Assembly (NCBI RefSeq): GCF_018977255.1
Contig: NW_024704743.1
Span: 70,062,001-70,126,000, forward strand
Direction: 5' to 3'
DNA: 64,000 nt
Source of the DNA: Callorhinchus milii
Taxonomy: Eukaryota
Every line of letters starts with the position of its first letter. Within the stretch, counting starts at the first letter, position 1. Below are positions 1 to 11,339 of this stretch, one piece after another. The translations under genes and the position numbers were made by a program. The notes below the pieces were generated by a model, which was given only the letters and a program-made list of their open reading frames with translations, was not told the origin of the DNA and ran no database searches.

Positions 1-1044
1 TTCTTTACTTACTCCTTGGCTACTTGTGGGACACTGCCTGTGTGCAAACTGGCTGCTGTGATTCTCACAAAATATCCGGTCAATCCTCTTTACAGTATAT
101 GCTGTGAAGCGCTTTAAGGCATCTCAACAATGTAATAAAGCACTATATCAAATGCAAGGATTATTATTGTTATTAAATTTATTATTGACTTTAATACCCG
201 ATAGATCAAAAGTTGGAATGAAAAAAAGCCCCCCCTGAACATAACCTTTCTGAATACTAACACTACTGTCTTCCTATTACATCAAGGTCACTGGATCACA
301 AGAGAGGATTGGATGAAGAAGCTCCTACTTGATCTCATGGAATTACAAGGAATATTACAGCATGGAAAGACCATTCAGCCCAACTAGTCTATGCTGGTGT
401 TTGAACTCCATATGAGCCTCCTAATCATCTCTCCTATACCCTTCTAATTGTATTGAATATCGATATTGAACTGTATTGAATAGTTAGTTATCAGCCACAT
501 CCATGCTCTACTAAGCCCTCTTTGTTGTCTCCTCTGATTCCAGATTTCTGCAACTTTGTGTCATCTAAAAATGTAACAACCTTACACTGGGCCTGTGTAT
601 CCAGCTGATTAATGTATACAAGGAACAAGCAAAGTCCTAATACAGACTCTTAGAATCATAGAGGCATCTGTTTAATATCTCTCAACTAAGAAGATCACCT
701 TCACTTTGCAAACAAAAACATTAATCTTAACAGGGATGTGATTTAAAATTGCATCACTACAAAGTCTGGACAGTATTTTAAGAAAAAGTTTCATAAAGAC
801 ATAAGAAATGTTATGATGAATAAAAGTCTTTCAGCTCACTGAAGCTCATCTCTCTAGTACATTAACTCTCCCATCATGGCATCTAACTACATTTTTAATA
901 ACCCTGATGTTTTTGCCTATATTACCTTGCTTGATAGATTGTTTCAAATAGGTTATCACTATTTGAGTAAAGTGATTTTCATATCTGTTCTAACTTTAAT
1001 TTCCGCTCATTTGTATATCTGCCCCCAGTATTACTTTCTTGACT

Positions 1045-1180
1045 AATAATAATAATCCTTGCATTTGATATAGCGCTTTTCACGTCTTCTAGACGTCTCA
1101 AAGTGCTTCACAGAATATGCTGTAAAGTGAAATGTCTGTATATTTGTGGGCAAAACACGGCAGCCAATTGCGCACAGCAG
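1045..1180 (-). mobile_element. SINE 3' fragment (similar fragments at about 25-175, 5050-5165, 18200-18330, 49240-49378, 61570-61780)
   Basis: Family tail and Deu-like body. Confidence 0.8.
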
Positions 1181-1384
1181 TAAGTTTAAAGTAATAGTCT
1201 GGCTTTACATTTTCTTTATTGTTAGTATTTTATTTGATATGCTACGATTCCCTTCACCACCTTCTTTCTCGATTGCAAAGCTTACATCTCGCTTGCTCAT
1301 CCTTTCGGCGGGGATCAAAATAATAATAATCCTTACACTTGATGCAGAGCCTCTGAGGTCAGGAGTACTGCAAGGCAATACTGA

Positions 1385-1890
1385 CAATAGACCAGCCAGC
1401 CTGATTCATCAGCAGGATGTGGAAGGGCAGACCCACTGAGGCTGGGATTCTTCCAACTCGACTCCTGTTAATTCTGCAAGCCAAAGTCCTAACAGGTTGG
1501 GTTGTACTGTACAATCTGCAGGAAGCTTGCCAAACAGCGCTCTCAATGGCAAGCTACGTAGTTTAAGCTGGTTAAAAGGCAGCACCTCGTCACACTCTCG
1601 GGTCCCCAAGCCTCCTCTTTGGCCAACCTGCATCTATTACTCTCCTGAATTAGGTAAGCAGAGTGCTCCCTCCAGGAAGAGTGTGCATTCCATTCCAGAT
1701 GCAGAGAAATTTCAGCAGCTGAAATTTCAGCTCTTTGGGACGTCCTCCTGACGTGAAAGGCGCTCTATAAATGTAAGTTTGTTGTTGTTGTTGATGTGTA
1801 AGTGGCTTACATATGTGGAACTCTCAGTCTAGTTTAAATACTTCTAACATAGTGATCGGTTTCCAAAACGTGTCAGACACTTGACTGACC
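1385..1890 (+). repeat. Sister 3' fragment of the LINE at 11340-13470, with a nested L2 tail at about 1735-1793
   Basis: Shares ctctcaatggcaagcta...agctggtt...gggtccccaagcct...gtgtgcattc...ggaactctcagt...ctgacc with 13150-13470. Confidence 0.75.
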
Positions 1891-4019
1891 ATACATACTG
1901 AAATATTTACATAAGTAAATATTTACTTACTTAGTTCAGCTTGCAAACACACTGTGTTTCATAACTGAACAACTGTTTAGCCTTCATACTCAGGCTTGAA
2001 GAGAACATTACTAAAAGTGATTACTGTAACAAGAAAGGAGTTGAGAATGATTCATCTGTGGTTTACTTAAACTCTGCCCAATGGAATTATTAGAGGTACT
2101 TTTTGGTTCACCACAAATATCTTCTCATCAGGTCAACAACAACAACAACAACTTGGAATTATATCGCGCCCGCCATCAGAGCAAGAACTGATTGTAACTT
2201 TTTGCTCTGACATGCCTTTCAATTCTGAAACAAAAGGTCAACAGCAATGTTAAAACTATTTAGAAACACAATTTGGATGCCTTGCGATACCTTAATTGGC
2301 AATTTTTTAATTGTATTTAAGATTCATCTTCTGTTCAAGAATCAACGTTTTCTATCAGGTACTAAACCAGGTAGAGCATAGAGCAGCGACAATGAATGAT
2401 TTATCAAAGACGTATAGTTCTATTCAGATGAAGCACTCAGGCAACAAAGTAAATTACACACTGAGCTCTGTGCTCTATGAGTACTTGACGCGAGGAAGGA
2501 AATATTTCCCTAAAAACTGTTCTGTAATACGTTACCCATATCTGTGGTCAATATCTGTAACTGGTCCTGGGTAAGTGAATGATACGCTGCCTGGGAACTG
2601 GTTGCTGGAGATAAAATAAGTTCTGCAAAGGCTGGAAAATATGCAGCCTCTGAAATGAATGCATTGCCAGGCTGAATAAAATGTTGAATTGCTGAAATAA
2701 ATGTTTCACAGCCGAATGCTCTAATTGCAGATGACTAAGAAGAATTAAAAGCAGAAAAAGAAACAAAGGGTTCTGTGTGTAGTGAAGGAGCCAGGCGATT
2801 CTTGTGGGCAATGGAGATATAGGTAACACTAAAGAGCTAGAATTTCAAGGTTTCTTTGAAAAATAAATTGAAAGTCACTAAACTTCATGGAATTCATTTT
2901 ACATTGTCTGAGATATATAGAAAAATTATATGAATACTCAGTTCCAAATATTAAGATTTCTACTAATTATGTGCAAGTAGTGCGTGACTGAGAATTCAGA
3001 ATTACAACATTGAAGAACGAGAATTACTGCATTTCATTAACTCTTATGTTTCTGAATGTGGTTTATTTGCCTGGCTCAACTGGCTCCCAATCACAGAATG
3101 GATCAATTTCAAGATTCTCACACTCAACAACAAATCACTTCAAGCCCTTGAATCTCATTACCTTTCCAAACTGCTCACACACTACTCCTTTACCCACCCC
3201 CTTCACTGAGCCAGCTCAGGTCTTCTGCACGTCCCTCGATCCCTCTGGTCCACTATTGGCTGCTATACTTTCAGCCATTACATCCCTACCTCAACCCCTC
3301 CGTCTTGCCCCTCTTTAGATTACACTTAAAGATTTTTCTCTTCGACCCTACCTATGGTCACCTCTCCCCAGGTCAGCGTCAGACCACACCCAATGAAGCA
3401 GTTTTAACAGTAAAGGGCTTTTAATTCTAAAGAGCCAAGAAAATGTGGTAAATGATGTAACATCACAGAACAATGCGTGGGAAATCCGTCTTTAATTATC
3501 AACGGGTTTGGAAGTGAACACTCCTTCCCCTAGACTTCAATATAACTGTTTGGTTCAAAGCCAAGGAAAGCCTCCAACAACCAGCATTTTTATTATCGCA
3601 GTCCACAATCAATTAATTAGTCAATTCCACTGAATAGAAAACTGGTGTAACGGAATACTGATGGCTCTGAACAATGGTTGTGTGTTCATTTCACACACAT
3701 CCAACACCCACAATGAGATTACTGACTGGTAATATTGTGCATATTTTTTGTTTCATGTCCATTGTTAGAAAATGCACTGAACTAAACCAGCTTTGAAAGA
3801 AAATGGTCACGAGTCCAGGAACTCTTAAGGCAAGTTCTCATTCATGTATAATTGAGCTGTAAATGTTGGATCTCATGGATACTCCAAGAGTCTAAATCTA
3901 TTAGTAGAAGCTAGCTTTATAATAAGTAAAACGCATAACCAACTCCAAAAATGGCCTCATCTTTTTATTGTAACATATACTGTGGACACATCAGAGGCAG
4001 ACAGGGTCAATCAAGCTGC

Positions 4020-4197
4020 CAGAAGACCGTGCCTTCAGCTCCCCTCTCGACTCTCTACCCCCTCCTCGCTCCCTCCCTTCTCTCCCTTCACCCTGACCAT
4101 TTCCCCCCTGCTCAGGTCCTGACCCAACTGTACAGCGCCTTGGGACGTCCTCCAGACGTGAAAGGCGCTCAATAAATGGAATCTTGTTGTTGTTGTA
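4020..4197 (+). mobile_element. Young L2 3' end
   Basis: Near-identical to the 3' ends at 52025-52360 and 54736-55563; ends gtgaaaggcgctcaataaatggaatcttgttgttgttg. Confidence 0.88.
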
Positions 4198-4264
4198 GAG
4201 CAGCAAAGCTGCATAGACGTTCTGCACACAATCTCAAATTGAAGCTGTAGATTAACTAAAAGCA

Positions 4265-4512
4265 CAAGGAGTCTCAATTTGCTTGATCGCCGCAAGGTGG
4301 CGTCTCAGACACGCTCAATAAAAGCAGGAGGCAGGAGCGATATAAACACTAAAGTTTATATTTTTATTTCTGGATGCATGAAGTACTTTGTGCATCTGGC
4401 TTCGTTTTCAAATTTGACTCAATAACAACCAATTCTATCGCTCCTTCCTCTTGTCTTTTTGATCATGTGTAGCAGCGCCACCTGGCGGTGATCGATCGGT
4501 TGTAGACCCTTG
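4265..4512. mobile_element. Putative hAT-like MITE with imperfect terminal inverted repeats of about 40 bp
   Basis: Left caaggagtctcaatttgcttgatcgccgcaaggtggcg vs right (reverse complement) caagggtctacaaccgatcgatcaccgccaggtggcg; no clean TSD. Confidence 0.55.
4472..4488 (-). promoter_or_regulatory. CTCF-like binding motif
   Basis: ccgccaggtggcgctgc on the minus strand matches the CCRSYAGRKGGCRS core. Confidence 0.55.
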
Positions 4513-5243
4513 CTCCAGATGCTGCAACAATTGGCAAAACTCTTTTTCTATTTCAGGAAAATAAAGATCTTCCAGAAAATGCATCACAAATATATCCATG
4601 ATATTAGACAGGCTAGTGGCTCCATGATGGCACTGCATGTGTTAATGTTCTTATTCCCCATTTCCAAAATGGGCAGACTTCCAAAAATGAGGAATGATGT
4701 ACCTGAGGTGTTTGATGGGTACAAACAAGGTCATTGTAATTAGGTTATTAAAAAACATCTGTTATCGAGCTAATCAACTTGATCATTTTTAACAAATAAA
4801 ACTTGACAAAGAATCTGTAAATTTTTGATTGGTTCACAAGATGTGCTTGTTGCTGGTATCTTCCAACTTTTTTTAACTGATACATTGTTGATGTATCAAC
4901 GATGTATCAACACATTTAATACTTAAATATTCTCTTCGAAGATCCAACAAGCAACTAGAAATGTAGGAAGGAAGAAAATCCGATAATCTGTGACTTTAAC
5001 TTTAATTATACATGTGTGATGTCCTTTTTGAGGATCGTTTATAACATTTTTCACCCACAAAATATACAGTCAATTCACTTTACAGTATATTCTGTGAAGC
5101 ACTTTGAGACATTTCAATGACCTGATGAGGCACTATATCAAATTCAAGGCTTATTATTATTGTTATTCAGAAAAGAACAAGAGTAGTGGAAGTGACAAAA
5201 TGGATTTCTACACATTTTCTAGTCTCTTTTTACAGACACCATG

Positions 5244-5563
5244 GTGGAGTCCTGTAGCTCAGTGGTTAGAGCACTCACTTTGCAAACGAGAGACCTGAGT
5301 TCAATCCCAGACAGGGCGAAACCTTGGGCAAGTTTCCTTACTCCACACAGAGCCTAAAAATAATCCCTCCAAAAACAAAAACAATAATAAATTGGTCATT
5401 TTCAATCTACGACTGTTTGTGGGACATTGCTGTGCGCAATTGGCTGCCGCGTTCACCCACAAATATACAGTCAATTAATTTTACAGTGTGTTCTGTGAAG
5501 CGCTTTGGGACGTCGAGAAGACGTGAAAAGCGCTATATCAAATGCAAGGATTATTATTATTAT
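5244..5563 (+). mobile_element. Full-length tRNA-headed SINE with L2-type tail (short variant)
   Basis: A box tagctcagtggt, B box gagttcaatcc, ccttgggcaagt, Deu-like tgtgggacattgctgtgcgcaattggctgcc, tail aaatgcaagga(TTA)n. Confidence 0.92.
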
Positions 5564-8500
5564 AATACGAGAGAACCCTTTGTGAGACTGTTGCACAGTG
5601 TGACTCATTATACAGAGAGCAGCAGATGGCTGCGAGAGTGTTACATTGCTGTTCCACAGTTGAGGTATTCAATTGACATCAAACCACGAAAACAAAACTC
5701 AAGTGGTTTATAAATGTCATTGGAACTCCTTAAGTACTTTACAACCTTGAACACACTCAGAATAATATTCTACATTAATATACTTTTTTTGCTATCTACC
5801 GTGAATGTTACAGTACAGTTCTCCTAGATTAAATTTCTACATTGTCAACCAGGTTTCATGTTGTTTTTCTGCCTCAAAACATCCTTGGAGCTGACCATAC
5901 TGATTATCTTCCAATGAAAAGGATTCATAGAATCATGGAATTTCAATACAGGAAGCCATGCAGCCAACTGAGCCGAGCTCGCTCCTCACTCTACTCTATC
6001 TGACCAAATCTTTCATTTCACTTATGTAGCCATAACCTCAATTTTTGCTAATATTTCTTTACATTCAGCATCAGCATACAGTATGCCAGTGATGTTACCT
6101 CAATCTCAGTCTTTGTTGATAAGTAGTCTTTTATTTATTGTGAGATTTTGAGATTTTCCATGGAAAACTGATGGCTGGTGACCATTATTAACCTCTATAC
6201 TCTTGGGTTTACCTGCACTACCTCACTTTACGTCAAGTGACAAGATACCTTAAAAATACTTTTATTTTGTAATTTATAAAGCTAAACGAGAACTGCTGCA
6301 GCACCAGCTGACAGAAGGTATTTGATACCGAAAAATAATGCATTGATTACAGTATTTTATCCACATTGATGGCAAGACGAACACTTCCAAGTTCATATTT
6401 CTAATAGCATTTTCACTATGGCTATTACAGTTGGGCCTCCATTATAATGAGCCATTTGGGTTCATTAAAATCCTAACCTTCATTATAATGAGGTGCGAGA
6501 GTGGTTTGACTGTGAATCCACACACAATAATCTCTGGGTCAGTGGATCACTCCAATGTTACTTGCTGGTTTGCTTGTGCAGCAAAACAGGAAGTGAAGTT
6601 GACTGCAGAAATATTCCTGGTTGAGGCTGAATCCATATTAATCTGGTTCAAAAGGGAATTAGATAAATACCTAAAAAAGGAATAAATTATAGGGATGTGG
6701 GGAAAAGCAGGTAAATGGAACTGAAAGGATTGCTATTAAAAGAGCCAGCATGAATATGGTGTGCCAGGTGGCCTTCTTCTTTGCAGTACATTTCTATGGT
6801 TCTGAGTAAATAGCATGGCTGCATGCAAGTACAGTGAATGCAGTAAACAGTGCAACCTCATTGCATGTGAATTCATGTTATAGTGAAGCACAGGCTGCAC
6901 TGTACTCTGATGTGGAGTATAAATAATCAGCAGTAAACTCTCTAGCACATATAGTCACAAATATTTGAAATGCACTGCAGCAATTTCAATCACCTGCTTT
7001 GTGAGTCAATGCTAAACATTGCTAAACAATTCTAAACAATGTAATACACACTGAGTGTTCAGTGCAGCTAAACATTGAAACCTACTGGTTTACTAGCGAA
7101 TTTACTGTCAGGATGGTCATGTGAAGAGCAAAAGTGTAAGCATTGTCAGAAACATTGTGCTTTTAAACTACTATTTACTACTACTTATAGATTCCCTGTC
7201 CCCATAGTTTTCCAAAATGAATCCTGCATAGCACCATTGACAGCAAGATCATGTAAAGGAGATAGAAACAAATGTTTCCAACCTTTTCAATGTCTCCTAA
7301 ACCTCAACAGAGAGGTTCAGATGAGTTCTTAAATGAGTTTACCATCCTGCCTCATCCATTGTTCCTGTTATTAATTACCCTCGGAGGAAAGAAATACTTC
7401 CCAGTGGTTTTCCTGAAATTGTCCTTATCAATCTTGAACCTGTGCCCTCTTGTTCTACTGCCTTGTCTTATCTGAAAGTATTGTGCAGAGTTTACCTTCT
7501 CAATCTCGACCACATGATAAGAGACTATATGAAATGCAAGGATTATTATGAATATTATTTTTATTTAAAGTGTTAGCAAGGACAAGACTGGCTATGTAGA
7601 AATGGCAAATCTGGTTAATTTCAGAGGACATCATAAACCATGAGAACAAAGCCTGAGCATTTTATACATGTCATCTGAATTCCTCAATTAAGTTGTAGCT
7701 ATTTATCACTCTCTGGTACCTGGTAGTTATATACTGTGGAATGAAATTTAATAGCAAATTATTTTTAAACGCGATGTTAAAGTTCTTGGAATCTCTGGCT
7801 GTCTTCCAGTTTCACTTTAGTGAACAGTACAATTTATAGAAGCGTTTGCAGTCCTTTGTGACATAATTATACATTTAGCTGTAAGTAATTTGCAGCAAAT
7901 TACAGAAAAATTCACACACAATACACGCAATTTTATTTCTTGGGGACAGTGTGGTGAAAACTAGAAGTAAGGAAGGCAATTCAGTACACACATCTTCCAT
8001 ATTTATTCCTTAACTCAACATCAAAGACATTTCTTCAACTATAATAGGAAAAACTGATGGAATAACTTGATGGATTGAAGGGCCTCCTTTTGTTCCCCTT
8101 TTCCTATGTTTCTAACTTTGAGGGGTGATTGCTTAGGTGCTGTACCTTTCCAACACAGTGAAAAGGTTATGTCCAATTGTGTCTGAAGTGTGAAGGAGTT
8201 TTTAGCTCATCGTAGGCAAATTTCTTAATTCCAATGCCCGCTCATTCATCATACCCTCTAATACAGCTACTGTCTCTCCTTTTAAGCATCCCTATGGACT
8301 TTAAATCTACAAGTTTCTGACTTGACAAGCTGGTTCTCATGATCCAATACACAAGATAAAGGAGATGTAGCTTTCTAGCATGGCTTCTGAAGGCAACAGA
8401 GCATGCCCAGGTTCCAATAATTTGCTAGTTGTGTGTTAGCCTGCCTTGTGTGGTAGCACTCTAGCTCTGAATCAGAAGGTTGAGGTTTGGACTTCTAAGC

Positions 8501-8693
8501 TGACTCCACTGCAAAGCTGAATGGCCAGGGGGGATGGTGCTGCATTTTTGGAAGCGTCGTCATTTGGATGAGACGTTAAACCGTCAAACCACTTGTTGAG
8601 AATTTCCAAGGAAGATGCACACCTCTCCTGGAAATGTGAGAACTCCTGAACTTGTGTGTAAAAAAATTGTAAACTGACATTAATTCTCTCAAT

Positions 8694-8925
8694 AAAACAC
8701 AAAATACTGCAGAAATCTGAAACAAAAACAAAAGTCGCTGGGAACACTCAGCAGGTCAGGCAGCATCTATGGAGAAAGGAAAGTGGGTTAACGTTTCAGG
8801 TCCATGACCCTTCGTAAGAACTGTCGACTGATGAAGAGTCGTGGACCCGAAACGTTGAGTCACTTTACTTTCTCTATAGATGCTGCCTGACCTGCTAAGT
8901 GTTCCCAGCGACTTCTGTTTTTGTT
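8694..8925. mobile_element. Palindromic Penelope-like (PLE-terminus-derived) element with hammerhead-like cores
   Basis: Inverted arms of about 100 bp; perfect 14-bp flanking direct repeat ttaattctctcaat (8680-8693, 8926-8939); CTGATGA..GAAAC core at 8828-8853. Confidence 0.75.
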
Positions 8926-9439
8926 TTAATTCTCTCAATGTTTGGAATCTTAGGCTCCATATCAGCAATAAGTATAATAGTTTCCCACACAGTGCTTGGG
9001 ACATCCTCCCGACGTGAAACGTGCTATACAAATGTAATTTGTTGTTGTTGTTTTGAATACAGTAAACGGTGGACAACAAAATATATAGAGGAGTGCCTCT
9101 CTAATTTGCAATTATTTCTTTACGGGTTTCAAAGGAATCCTATTAGAATTCCCATCTCTCTGATTGTAGATTCCAATAAGGTAGCATGACAATACTTCCA
9201 GAAAAGTAAGTCTTCATTTGCAATTCAAATTGCTTATTAAGGAAGGTAGACCACAGGCTGCTGTATCACTAACATGTGAACGATGAGATACATGCCAGGT
9301 TAGTACAGTCCATCTGAAGTCAATCTTTTAAACTAACCCCAATTTTCAAACTAAACTCAAACTAAACTGATGGAGGGCAGGGTGGGTAGGGGTGGGGGTG
9401 AAAGGATGTGAATTTGTCTCATCAAATTGTTGAGACGTC

Positions 9440-9800
9440 TGAAAGCATTTTGAAGGATATACTGTATATACCGTTTTTTTTGTGTTCGCGAAATGCAGCA
9501 GTCATTTGCGCACAGCAGTGTCCCACAGACAGCCATGAAATGAGTGACTGATTTTTTTTATTTTGGGGGATTGTGGCCAGGACACTAGGAGAAACTGGCT
9601 TCTCTTTTTGAATAGTGCCATAGGATCTTTAACATCCACCTGAACAAGCAGATGGGACCTCGGTTTAATGTCTCATTCGAAGGATGGCACTTCCGACAAT
9701 TCAACATCCCCCAGTACTGCACTAGAGTGTCAGCTTAGACTATGTTATTCCAAGTCCTGACTTGAGCCTAGAACCCACAACCTTCTAACTCCTAGGCGAG
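9440..9800 (-). mobile_element. Older Deu-domain SINE (SacSINE1/AmnSINE1-like)
   Basis: gaatagtgccataggatctttaacatccacctga...cctcggtttaatgtctcattcgaaggatggcac; related copies at about 34615-34915 (-) and 8450-8585 (+). Confidence 0.75.
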
Positions 9801-11339
9801 ATTGACACATCTATCACTCCATTTGGTTAAATAATTAAAAATAGATTTAAAAATACTTAAAATGTTTTTTTAACAACCAAATATTAACATGTTATCCTAG
9901 TTGCTTGACAGTGAGAGGGAAACATTTATCTAACAGCAGAACAGCAATGCATTTCTATCACTTCTATCACTCTAATATGCAGTCTCTCTAAATGGTACAA
10001 ACTTACTTTCATTAAAATGATTGTGGGCTCGCAGTAGCATAGCATATTGATGTATACTTTAGAGAAGTAATCTAGCTCTCACTCAGGCTTGTAACAAGCT
10101 TCTGCTTCTATACCATATCACACTTAGCAAACTCAGATTTTATTTTACTCCTGAAAATAACTCATGAAAATCTGAAATATGATTCCAATTATATTTAATT
10201 TCATTTTCTCAGGGTTTACATTAGCTAACATTGCTAATGTCATAGTAAAGTTGCAGTTAGCTATCAAATTCATTACACTGCATCATACAATTTTTTTCAT
10301 GATGTGAATATTTTTAATTACAGCTGTTTTCAAAATAGCTATTTTCCGTTATTTCTATGGAAATGTTAAAGTACTTCACTTTGCACCACCTATGTGTATT
10401 GCTGGCAGCTCAGAAAAGTCCCTGTCAAACTGAGAAGTAAACGTTATAAACAGCAAGTAATTTATTGTTTTAAATCCACAGATCTAGGAGCAGCTAGATG
10501 CATAATAAAATGTCTTCTGAAACCACCACAAACATTAACAATGTAGAAGGCAATGTTTCATACAGGGTTTCTGCAACTGGAACTAATGAATGAATCAGAA
10601 AATTGCAGGTAATCTGGGAACTAGCAATTATAGAGACATTTTATCATTCCACAGGTTTGAAAATCTCTGCCATGTTTCTGCAAATGTTATTGATAATCTG
10701 TTTATTTTTCGAAATGCTTCCTCAAATATGAAATAAGACATATATTTTATTGTTTTATGAATTAAGACATATTTTATACATAAATACATATTCACAGTTT
10801 ATTACTAATTTACAAACGTGTCAGCTCTGATCAATGCCCCACAATCAGATGTTCTTAAAGATGTAAAATCCAAATTTAAAGAACTATAATAGGCTGATAA
10901 GATTTGAATCAATGAAGTGGATCTTTTAATTTGTCAAAATCAAGGAAAATCAATTTCTATTATTTAAAAAAATCTTTAAATCAAGATGGACTACAAACAT
11001 GTCTAGTGTGTCCAAAATAGACACTACTTCCTGTGTGTTGCCCATTTGCACAATGCACAGACAGCACCTCAAAGTTCACTTCCTGTGCATTGCAAAAACT
11101 AAAGGTAAAATAAACATTAATATTATCCATTAAAATTAAAATTGAAAGCCAGCAACCTTAAGTATGAGGTAGAAGAGCACTGAGTCATACAGAGTAGAAA
11201 TGTTCCAGATTTGATCCCTGGTTTATGCATAATGAATCCATGTAGGCCACAGTATTGATGTTACATCTGGCAGCAGTTGGAAAGTGAGATCAATCACAAT
11301 ATTCATTTAGTGACATCTGTCAGTTGCGATACCTCCACT

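Noticed and set aside
1717..1732. Perfect 16-bp palindrome agctgaaatttcagct
   Set aside because: Sits at the 5' junction of an L2 tail insertion; probably junction filler
4878..4909. 15-bp-stem hairpin (tgatacattgttgat/atcaacgatgtatca)
   Set aside because: Too short for a pre-miRNA; explained by a local inverted and tandem micro-duplication
5244..5320. tRNA-like sequence (also at 25963, 39433, 42313, 50815, 57612, 63907)
   Set aside because: These are SINE heads: no proper acceptor stem, and each continues into the same SINE body
7011..7040. Three tandem 10-mers containing ctaaaca (forkhead-like)
   Set aside because: Imperfect motif match; simple micro-duplication is sufficient
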